The translations under genes and the position numbers were made by a program. Positions 36,351 to 44,858 of a stretch of 64,000 nt of DNA are shown piece by piece; position 1 is the first letter of the stretch, and every line of letters begins with the position of its first letter. Source of the stretch: an uncultured Methanosarcinales archaeon (GTDB lineage: Archaea > Nanobdellota > Nanobdellia > Woesearchaeales > GW2011-AR15); the NCBI GenBank assembly GCA_964512765.1, contig CAZEKF010000003.1:5249-69248 (forward strand), in the 5' to 3' direction. Below the pieces are notes generated by a model that saw only the letters and a list, made by a program, of their open reading frames with translations, was not told the origin of the DNA and did not search any database.

Positions 36351-37756
36351 AACAAAAAGTTATGTTCATCAACCCGAACTTCCAATCTAAAATTAGATCG
36401 ATTTCACAAATTACTGTTGGTCCTCCATTAGGCATGGCATACCTGGCAGCAGTGCTTGAAAAAGATAATTTTAATGTAAAGATACTTGACGCGAACGCAT
36501 ACGGTTTAAACATAAATAACGTATTGTTTAATGTTAAGAAATTTAATCCTGATATTATTGGGTTATCGGCTGTGACACCTACAATATACACTGTCCATGA
36601 TCTTATCTTAAAGATTAAAAAAAGCCTGCCAAACGTGAAAATAATCATTGGCGGTGTTCACGCATCTATACTACCAGAAGATACTTTAAAAAGATTTCCT
36701 AGTTTTGACGTGGTTGTCTTAAACGAAGCAGAGTCAATAATTTCCAAGTTATGTAATCATTTGTTAAGTGGAACAAGATTAGACAATGTTCAAGGAATAG
36801 GTTACAGAACCAAACAAGGTAATGTTAAAGTTAACAAAAACAACACATTCATCAAAAACTTGGACAAAATACCTTTTCCTGCTCGTCATCTATTACCAAT
36901 GCACATGTACAGGTCTGTTGTTTCTGACAAGTTCACAACTATGATTGCTATGCGCGGTTGTTACGCAAACTGTAACTATTGTTCTGTCCCGTTTTTTTCT
37001 GGAAAAATTATTAGAAGAAGATCTCCTAATAATATTATTAGTGAAATGATTGAATGTTATGATACATATGGTACCAAACATTTTTCTTTTCTTGATGACA
37101 CATTCACAACAGATAAAAAATGGGTGCACAGGTTCTGTGATTCACTAAAAAAGTCAAAACTACATAAAAAAATATCGTGGATGTGTCTAACAAGAGTTGA
37201 TAACATTGACGAACATTTATTAAAAAATATGAAACAGTCAGGATGTATAAAAATCGAGTTTGGCATAGAAACCGGATCACAGAATCTGCTTGATTTTTCA
37301 AAAAAAGGCGTTAATAAAAACCAAATCAGGAACGCGTTCAGACTTGCAAAAAAAGTTGGTCTGCCAACTCTTGGCTTCGTTATATTGAACATGCCACTGG
37401 AAACTGTACAGAGTATTAAAGAAACTAAAAAGTTCGTATTAGAGCTTGATCCTGATTTTTTACAAGTATCTTTTGCCACTCCTTATCCAGGCACAGAACT
37501 TGAAAAGTACGCAAAAAAACATAACCTGAAACTAGACAAAGACTGGTCAAAATATTTATTTTTAAAGGAAGTTGTAATGGAAAATAAAAATTTATCAAAA
37601 AAAATGTTAATTAAACTAAAGAAAGAACTTGAAAGAGCGTTTTATCTAAGACCTAAATATTTTTTCAGGTTACTTAAGTTCATGATACAGTATAAAGCAT
37701 ACAACTCTATTATCTGGTCTGTTAAAAAAGGAATCATGGAAATAATTAAATTTTAA
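36332..37756 (+). CDS. B12-binding-domain radical SAM protein
   Basis: Motifs GPPLGMAYLAAVLEKDNFNVKILDANAY and AMRGCYANCNYCSVP. The ATG at 36347 forms an ATGA overlap with the upstream stop and is the likely start. Confidence 0.85.
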   Translation: MESRRMKQKVMFINPNFQSKIRSISQITVGPPLGMAYLAAVLEKDNFNVKILDANAYGLNINNVLFNVKKFNPDIIGLSAVTPTIYTVHDLILKIKKSLPNVKIIIGGVHASILPEDTLKRFPSFDVVVLNEAESIISKLCNHLLSGTRLDNVQGIGYRTKQGNVKVNKNNTFIKNLDKIPFPARHLLPMHMYRSVVSDKFTTMIAMRGCYANCNYCSVPFFSGKIIRRRSPNNIISEMIECYDTYGTKHFSFLDDTFTTDKKWVHRFCDSLKKSKLHKKISWMCLTRVDNIDEHLLKNMKQSGCIKIEFGIETGSQNLLDFSKKGVNKNQIRNAFRLAKKVGLPTLGFVILNMPLETVQSIKETKKFVLELDPDFLQVSFATPYPGTELEKYAKKHNLKLDKDWSKYLFLKEVVMENKNLSKKMLIKLKKELERAFYLRPKYFFRLLKFMIQYKAYNSIIWSVKKGIMEIIKF

Positions 37757-37771
37757 TTGTGCGTCAAAACT

Positions 37772-39097
37772 TTACAAGTTTTTTTTCTTGAAATCATAAA
37801 TACAAGTATCTTTGTAATAATACGGGAATTCATTACAATAAACTGAATCTTCAGCTGTCAAATATATTTGGTAATCAAATAAATTATTCACAAGAGTCAT
37901 ATAACAAATATCGTTTATTATTTGCTTACTATTATCGCAAGTTTTAATTGACATTAAAAAATTTCTTTTTTCAAATATTATTCCACCCATTTTTGAACCA
38001 TCTTCACAAGCTGTTCTATCCAGATTAAAGAAATTATCGCAGTTATGCAACTCAGTGTCTTTGTTTAATAATCTCGGATTTTTGAGCATTAATCCTATCT
38101 TAAAAAAACAAACATGTCTTAGTTCACCAGATAATGATGTACACAAGCCTGAAAATGCTTTAACTTCATTTGAATTTTTTGCAATGGCACCACGCAATAA
38201 CCCAATAATACATGGCTTGAAATTATCAGAAAAATAAACATTACAAATAAATAAAGAACTATCTGACAAGTTAATATTATGCCCTATAAAAGTCAGTGAC
38301 CTTCTTAAAAAATAGTTATAACTATATCTTTTTGGTATAAAAGTTCCAAAATATTTGGACATGTTTAATGACATGTAAAATGCAACATGGTGAAAACATC
38401 CATAATCCTTATTATCTGAAGATTTTGTGCATAGACCAGAAATATTACCTATGAAGTTATAATGATCAGATAAGAATACGACTTCATCTGCAAGCAAAAA
38501 ATAGCATTCTGATTTCATATCTGGTTGCACAATTGTATCACAATGGTTTGATATTAACTTAATTTTTTCTTGTGGATTTTTTTCTAATTGTGATATCAAA
38601 TAAATTGCTAAATAGTATTTACATTCATCAGCTTTTGAAACATCTAGCAATGAATCACACATCATAAGCGCAGTGTCATAATCCTCTCTTGCAATATCAA
38701 CCCCTTTCTTAAACGTGTTCAAGGCGTCGTTAAATAAAATAATATCTTCATGTGTTAATTCATCATTATCTTGTTGGCCGGAGATTTTATAAGGGCTAAT
38801 AAGTAACTCTAAAATATGTATCCTTTGGTGAATTCTCCTGCACAAATATGATTGTTCCTGATTACTAATTTCTTCACAATCTCTTAAAAAAAAGTAACAA
38901 TTATCTTTTTCTTTTTCAGATGGTATTTTTTTACATTGGTCAGGATCATTTGATGTAATCGCATTATGAAAAATGAAGCTAGAATTAATATTAATATCAG
39001 TTGAATCTGTAATTGATTTATTAGGTTTTATTGAAAAAAGCAGTCCCAACAAAACCATCAAATAAAATACTATTAATATTTGTGTTTTAAGTTTCAT
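37772..39097 (-). CDS. secreted or membrane-anchored cysteine-pair repeat protein
   Basis: N-terminal hydrophobic signal/anchor (ILIVFYLMVLLGLLF). All 20 Cys are arranged as ten C-x10-11-C pairs, most followed by aromatic/hydrophobic residues. Confidence 0.6.
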   Translation of the reverse strand: MKLKTQILIVFYLMVLLGLLFSIKPNKSITDSTDININSSFIFHNAITSNDPDQCKKIPSEKEKDNCYFFLRDCEEISNQEQSYLCRRIHQRIHILELLISPYKISGQQDNDELTHEDIILFNDALNTFKKGVDIAREDYDTALMMCDSLLDVSKADECKYYLAIYLISQLEKNPQEKIKLISNHCDTIVQPDMKSECYFLLADEVVFLSDHYNFIGNISGLCTKSSDNKDYGCFHHVAFYMSLNMSKYFGTFIPKRYSYNYFLRRSLTFIGHNINLSDSSLFICNVYFSDNFKPCIIGLLRGAIAKNSNEVKAFSGLCTSLSGELRHVCFFKIGLMLKNPRLLNKDTELHNCDNFFNLDRTACEDGSKMGGIIFEKRNFLMSIKTCDNSKQIINDICYMTLVNNLFDYQIYLTAEDSVYCNEFPYYYKDTCIYDFKKKNL

Positions 39098-39192
39098 TTT
39101 TCTACAAAATATAAACTGATTTATATGTTTATTAAAATAATAAATACGATTAAATATCTATCGAAAAAGATTTGCGATTTAAAAAAAACATA

Positions 39193-40440
39193 TTATGTCA
39201 AGAAGTCGTGCCCTGCACTTATTGTTCCATCTTCTATACTTTGAAGTATATCACTAGCTTCTGTATAGTTTGGTTCATTTTCCAGAGACTTTAATAACAA
39301 TTCTTTTGCCTCTTCCATTTTCCCTTCGTAAATGTATATTTTTGCAAGAGAACCGTAGTTTTCATAGTTAACATGAGGTCGCAAATCTATAGATTTAAGT
39401 AAATACGGTTTAGCCTCTTCAAACTTACTTTGTTTATAATATACGATACCCAACCCATTGTAAGGAGCAGGTGAAGATTTATTATTTATACTTAACACTT
39501 TCTTAAAATAAAACTCTGCATTCTCTAAGTCATCTTGTGCTAAGTAAATTCTAGCTAAAGTAATATGAGCCCATAGTTCTTTTGGACCAAGTTCAATTGC
39601 TTTATTAATATATTCAATTGACTTATCATACTCTTTTTTAACAAAGTATAAATTACCTAACTGGGTATATACACCAGGTTCGTTTTCATCAATCTCCATA
39701 GCTCTATTAAAAGTTTCTTCTGCTTTATCATATTCACCCATTCTTTCATACAACCTTCCTAGTGTTATGTATAAATCAACCCCATCTGTACTTTTTTCAA
39801 ACACAGAGTTGTTTAGTTCATAAATTTCTATTGATTTCAATATATAAGTTTCTGCTTTATCATATTCGGCCAGGTACATGTAAGCCATTCCCATTCCATT
39901 AACCGCAAAGATTTGGTTTGAGTCTACCTCAAGTGCGTTCTCATAAGCTTGTTGTGCTTGGTCAAATAGTGACACTTCAAGGTAAACATCTCCAAGATAG
40001 GTATGGTAGTCTGCGTTACCTGGATATATCTCTATTGCTTGCTTAATCAACTCTATTGACTTATTTTTGTCATAATTGTGGTAATATTCAATTCCTTTTT
40101 GATACAATTCAAAAGATTGATTAACCTCTTCTTCTGACACAAAATCTTCAGGGAGATCGACTTCTTCAATTTGTTCTTCATCAAACAGAAACATATAGCC
40201 TAGAATCACAGAAAGTAGAATGAACACTATAGCAACTGAAACAATCACGATTTTTGGATTTATCTTAGGTTTTTTTTTAACTTTTACTTCCTTAAACACT
40301 TCATCAATTAATTTTTGATTAACATTAGACTGAATTAATTTAAGCTCAATAACGTCTTTTGAAAAACCCTTTTCCAAACTGGACTTGACATAAGAAATCA
40401 GTTTCTTTTTATGTAAATTTCTAACAATTTTTTTGTCCAT
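39193..40440 (-). CDS. TPR repeat protein with an internal TM helix, CPY-GLG family (Cys replaced by Ala)
   Basis: Cytoplasmic N-terminal region of about 60 aa, then TM helix IVIVSVAIVFILLSVILGYMFL, then TPR repeats. The C-terminal module is PAPYNGLGIVYYKQ...YGSLAKIYIYEGKMEEAKELLLKSLE. Confidence 0.85.
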   Translation of the reverse strand: MDKKIVRNLHKKKLISYVKSSLEKGFSKDVIELKLIQSNVNQKLIDEVFKEVKVKKKPKINPKIVIVSVAIVFILLSVILGYMFLFDEEQIEEVDLPEDFVSEEEVNQSFELYQKGIEYYHNYDKNKSIELIKQAIEIYPGNADYHTYLGDVYLEVSLFDQAQQAYENALEVDSNQIFAVNGMGMAYMYLAEYDKAETYILKSIEIYELNNSVFEKSTDGVDLYITLGRLYERMGEYDKAEETFNRAMEIDENEPGVYTQLGNLYFVKKEYDKSIEYINKAIELGPKELWAHITLARIYLAQDDLENAEFYFKKVLSINNKSSPAPYNGLGIVYYKQSKFEEAKPYLLKSIDLRPHVNYENYGSLAKIYIYEGKMEEAKELLLKSLENEPNYTEASDILQSIEDGTISAGHDFLT

Positions 40441-40513
40441 CCCTTCATCAGTTAAGTTAATATCCTTTATTAATTTTTTTATAATGTGCTAAAAAAACAA
40501 TAAGTTATTATAA

Positions 40514-41677
40514 CTAAACATCTGATTCCAGGTTATTCAAAATATCATAAGCTTCATTTTTGTTGTATGGAACATTTTCAATTGATTTTAAAAGCAATTG
40601 CTTAGCTTCTTCAATCTTTCCTTCAGTTATATAAATTTTTGCAAGAGTGTTATACTTTTTATATTCAGCGTTAGGATTAATGTCTATGGCTTTCTGCAGA
40701 TATTTTTTAGCACTTTCGAAATTGCCCTGTTCGTAATAAAGAATACCTAAACCTTGGTAAGGACATGTAATTGTTTCATTATTGATTTTAAGGGTTTTGA
40801 TAAAAAATTCTTCAGTTTTATTAACATTTCCTGTGTCTTCATAATATTCTGCTATTGTGTTATACACCCATTCATTATCTGGTTCAATCTCAACTGCTTT
40901 ACTAAACATCTCCAATCCTTTATCATATTCTTCTTGTTCATGATAAAGCATGCCTAAATATACGTAAGGCTCGTATTCTTGATTATTTATCTCAATTACC
41001 CTATTCAATATTTTTTCTGCGTTACCATAGTCATTCATTTCAGTCAAAAGATAACCGTATCCTAAAAGTGTCCTCCAATCATCAGCATCAATTTCAAGAG
41101 CATTCTCAAACATCTTCTTTGACTCTTGGTATTTCTCCATCTTGTGAAGCTGTACTCCGTATTCCACATAAATCCATTCATCTTCTGGGTTGAGATCCAA
41201 TGCTTTTTTTAGCATCTCATTAGCATTTTCTGTTTGATTATCAACCAAAAAAAGTTTTCCCAACCCAACATATGCTCTGTAATTAAGACTGTCCAATTCA
41301 AGTGATTTTTTAAACATTTCTTCAGCATGTTTAAACATATCCCATTCAAAATAAACCCATCCTAACTCACATAGATTATCTGAATTATTAGATTCAAGGT
41401 CAACTGCATTTTTATAAGCTTCAATTGCCTCTAAATAATCACGTTGGCTAAAATGAGTAGAACCTAATTGTACATGATAAACTACATTATTCTGGTCAAG
41501 TTCAATTGCTTTTTTTAGCATCTCAATTGCTTTTTCATTTTCATTAATTGCGTGATATTCCATACCTTTTTTATAATATCTTAATGCTTGATCAGTTGGA
41601 TGACTTGGTTCTGAAAAAATAATTATTAAAACAACTATAACAAATAAGCTTAATAGAACATATTTATTCAGTTTCAT
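40514..41677 (-). CDS. membrane-anchored TPR repeat protein, CPY-GLG family
   Basis: N-terminal TM helix and TPR repeats. The C-terminal module is ETITCPYQGLGILYYEQ...YNTLAKIYITEGKIEEAKQLLLKSIE. Confidence 0.85.
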   Translation of the reverse strand: MKLNKYVLLSLFVIVVLIIIFSEPSHPTDQALRYYKKGMEYHAINENEKAIEMLKKAIELDQNNVVYHVQLGSTHFSQRDYLEAIEAYKNAVDLESNNSDNLCELGWVYFEWDMFKHAEEMFKKSLELDSLNYRAYVGLGKLFLVDNQTENANEMLKKALDLNPEDEWIYVEYGVQLHKMEKYQESKKMFENALEIDADDWRTLLGYGYLLTEMNDYGNAEKILNRVIEINNQEYEPYVYLGMLYHEQEEYDKGLEMFSKAVEIEPDNEWVYNTIAEYYEDTGNVNKTEEFFIKTLKINNETITCPYQGLGILYYEQGNFESAKKYLQKAIDINPNAEYKKYNTLAKIYITEGKIEEAKQLLLKSIENVPYNKNEAYDILNNLESDV

Positions 41678-41766
41678 ACGATATCATAAATAACTTCTAT
41701 ATTTATTAACCTTGTCAAAGTTTATTCTAATAATACTTGAATAAATACTTTTATTAATAAATTTAA

Positions 41767-42818
41767 GTTATAATAACTCTATTTGTTCCTATAAATAAAA
41801 AAAAAATATTTCAATCATTAAAAGGACCTGAAAAAGACTATTTATATGTAAAAAAACCTTCTTTTTATTCTCTCCTTGTATTATACTCATGCAATTACAA
41901 GTGTAAGATGTGTTACCTGTGGACTCATCAAAGACAACAAAACGAATTATCAATTGATGAATGGAAGAAAGTCATATTTGAAATTAAAAAATTTTCTGGT
42001 TTGCATGTGCCAATAAATATAATGGGCGGAGAACCAATGCTTAAAAAAAACATTCTTGATTTGATATCTTTTACTGTTAACAAAGGTTTTGCTGAAGTTT
42101 CTATGACAACAAATGGTTCGTTAATCACTAAAAATGTAGCTGAACAAATTGCTGCATCAGGTCTTCAGATTCTTAACATTTCCCTAGACAGTATAGATGA
42201 AAAAACTTACGAGTTTATCAGGGGAAGAAAAAATAGTTTTAAAAAAGTAATGAACGCTATTCATCACGTTCAAAAGTACAGAGATAAGATCAGATACTTT
42301 AGCATCCAGACATTAATCATGGAACAGAACATGAACGGAATTATGGAGTTGATACAATGGTCAAAAAAAAAAATATTGCTGTTTGGATCAGTGCTTTAAT
42401 GCCACCTTTAGATTCAGATGCCAAAACCGGATGGCACATTGATTCAAAGTATAGTTTTTTATGGCCAAAAAACATGAATAAACTTAGTTCATTAATTGAC
42501 CAATTAATAAAAGAAAAAGAAAATGGAACCCTGATCATTAATTCCGCAAGACAGCTTGGGTTATATAAAAAATACTACAATAATCCTATGAGTTTTGTCT
42601 TTAAAGACAGAGAATGCAATATGGTAGATATCAGGATTACGATTGGGTCAGAGGGCGAAGTGTCACTTTGTTCAGAGTTTGGACCAATAGGAAATATAAA
42701 GTCAAACACCCTTTCTGAAATATGGTATTCAAATGAAGCTCGTCGAGTCAGGCAAAAAGTTAAAAAGTGCAGGATAAATTGTTGCCAGGCGTTGCATGAA
42801 GGAGTGTTGTATGAATAA
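41767..42818 (+). pseudogene. disrupted radical SAM / partial-SPASM paralog (subgroup D): no usable start codon and a frameshift in an A11 run
   Basis: The frame is open from 41767 and encodes ...LYSCNYKCKMCYLW. The first in-frame ATG (41908) falls inside the CX3CX2C motif. Frames 41908-42399 and 42357-42818 rejoin as LIQWSKKK(K)NIAVWISALMPP...FLWP if one A is added. The C-terminal motif is degenerate (CRINCCQALHEG). Confidence 0.7.
42363..42373 (+). other. A11 homopolymer at the frameshift point of the rSAM pseudogene
   Basis: Counted directly. A12 or A9 would restore a continuous reading frame. Confidence 0.85.
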
Positions 42819-42906
42819 AACTGGTATAATTTTTGCGTTTTAAAATAAGTTGTTGCTTCTTGTTCAAGACAAAGCTTAAAAACTTATTATTCATTATAAA
42901 TTACAA

Positions 42907-43614
42907 ATGAGGAAAAACATATCACTAATGTTCTCAGGCGGAATTGATTCTACAATGACTGCTGTTCTGCTTGCTGAGAAGTATGATTGTATACATTTAT
43001 TAACATACAACAACGGTTACGGGCACATGTTCATGAAAACTGTAAAGAAAAGAGTAAACGAACTTAACAATAAGTTAGGTAACAAGTTTATTTATTCTAT
43101 AACATCAACTAAAGATTTGTTTGAAAAAATTACAGTTAACAATGTTGCAAAAGAAATTAAAGAACATAAATCAGGTTTTGTATGGTGCATGGGATGTAAA
43201 CTTGCTATGCACGCTCAAAGTATAGTTTATAATAAGAAACATAAAATCAAAGAAATGACTGACGGTTCATCTTATAGCACAAAAGAAATGGTTGAACAAA
43301 AACCGTTTAGTATCAAACTAATAAAATATTTGTATAAGAAACACGGGATTAAGTTTCACACGCCAGTGTACAATCTGCCCAGGAAAGAATCTATTAAAAA
43401 GTTAGAAAGTATGGGATTTAACATGGGCTGGTTCAAAATAATGGACCGTTTTGTTGGTATACAACCTAAATGTTTAGCTGGTGAAATATATTACTTGCCA
43501 AACATATTATTTAAAACTAAACCAAAGCATAAGAATAAAGAAATCTATAAATTTTTTAACAAGAAACTAAAATTAATTAACTCATATATTGAAAATGGGA
43601 TGCTGCAATCTTGA
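42907..43614 (+). CDS. PP-loop ATP pyrophosphatase superfamily protein (adenine nucleotide alpha-hydrolase fold)
   Basis: N-terminal SLMFSGGIDST (SGGxDS PP-loop). A CxxC follows at WCMGCKLAMH. 235 aa. Confidence 0.65.
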   Translation: MRKNISLMFSGGIDSTMTAVLLAEKYDCIHLLTYNNGYGHMFMKTVKKRVNELNNKLGNKFIYSITSTKDLFEKITVNNVAKEIKEHKSGFVWCMGCKLAMHAQSIVYNKKHKIKEMTDGSSYSTKEMVEQKPFSIKLIKYLYKKHGIKFHTPVYNLPRKESIKKLESMGFNMGWFKIMDRFVGIQPKCLAGEIYYLPNILFKTKPKHKNKEIYKFFNKKLKLINSYIENGMLQS

Positions 43615-43787
43615 ACCTAAAGCAAAGAAGTTAAACAAAAAGGAATTTTTTGTAAAAAGTATTATAATGCAGATTATCAATTTCTGTTTTAAATCTGTAA
43701 TATTATTTGTATCATTGAAAAATAAAAAATATTCAAAAATCTTAAAAGCATTTTTACTGTTTGAAGATTATAACATGAAAGATGTTT

Positions 43788-44858
43788 CTAAGTTAAAGAA
43801 GAATTAAGCTTGTTAAGTAATTGGATAGCTTCTTTATTATTAGGATCTTTGTCTAACACTTTTTCTAAATAGTCTATAGCACATGAATGTTTACCTGCTT
43901 TGAAACATGCTTGAGCAGCTTCTAACTGCGATTGTATCCTGTAAGGTGTTATATTTGCATATTTTTCATAATATTCACTTGACTTGTCATAATTCTCTGT
44001 CTGGAAATATAGTAAGCCTAAAGCTTGATACGGGCAGTCTAACCCGAACCCGCGTTCTTCTTCAAAGTTGGTTTCAAGGTCAAGCAATATTTTTTCAGCT
44101 TCGTCATACTCTCCTAGCTCCATGTGTATCTTTGCAAGGTGATGGAAAAGGGTTAAAGGAGTTCCTTGCTCAAGCGGGTACACATTGAACTCTAGTTTAT
44201 TATTTAAGATGTCTTGAATAAGTTTCTTACATTTATCATACTGTTCGTGTTCAATTAAGGTTGTTAAAATTTTATCAATTTTTTCTATTCTAAAAAACGG
44301 ATCAGGTTCTTCTAATATTAACAATTTCTTTGTTGTCATTGCACGTTCAAACATCTCGTCACCTTTTTCAAAATTATCTGTTTTATAATAATAAATGCCT
44401 TTTGCAAGGTATGTGAAATCATACGGTTCGTTTTCAATATTATTTAAATCTGATTCTATTAGGTCAAGATGATCTTGTTCAATATAAATAAAAGATCTTA
44501 GTGAGAATCCTATTTCTTTGTTAGAGGTAATATTAACATATCCATTAATTGTTTTAAGCGCATCTTCAAAGTTACGTTCAATTATGTAATAATAATGGAA
44601 TAACATTAGATACGATTTTTCAAACATTGGGTCTAACAGGATAGATTCTTTAAAGTACATCACACTTTTGTCAAAATCATTGATGTAATGTTTCTGGGCT
44701 TTAATATACAATGATTCAGCATTTGTTCCAGAAATCTGTAAAAAGATTATGACAGTAGTCAAAATAAAAAATACTAAAAAGATTATTTTTTTATGTATGT
44801 CATCCATAGATATATCTCCAGATTGCAAGCGGTCTAATGTTATCTTTTGATAGTTCAT
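43788..44858 (-). CDS. membrane-anchored TPR-like protein, divergent CPY-GLG family member
   Basis: TM helix IIFLVFFILTTVIIFL. The C-terminal module is GLDCPYQALGLLYFQTENYDKSSEYYEK. The ATG at 44807 (MDDIHKK) would reduce the overlap with the upstream gene to 8 nt. Confidence 0.75.
   Translation of the reverse strand: MNYQKITLDRLQSGDISMDDIHKKIIFLVFFILTTVIIFLQISGTNAESLYIKAQKHYINDFDKSVMYFKESILLDPMFEKSYLMLFHYYYIIERNFEDALKTINGYVNITSNKEIGFSLRSFIYIEQDHLDLIESDLNNIENEPYDFTYLAKGIYYYKTDNFEKGDEMFERAMTTKKLLILEEPDPFFRIEKIDKILTTLIEHEQYDKCKKLIQDILNNKLEFNVYPLEQGTPLTLFHHLAKIHMELGEYDEAEKILLDLETNFEEERGFGLDCPYQALGLLYFQTENYDKSSEYYEKYANITPYRIQSQLEAAQACFKAGKHSCAIDYLEKVLDKDPNNKEAIQLLNKLNSSLT

Noticed and set aside
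39115-39135. AT-only palindrome ATATAAA-CTGA-TTTATAT between the TPR gene and the Cys-repeat gene, as a possible terminator or operator.
   Set aside because: It is a 7-bp all-A/T stem in ~70+% AT DNA and is expected by chance. It may simply be a TATA-like promoter element for the downstream gene.
43589-43807. 72-aa ORF between the PP-loop gene and the convergent TPR gene.
   Set aside because: It overlaps both neighbours' ends and is K/F/I-rich and low-complexity, with no start context. It is probably non-coding 3' spacer.
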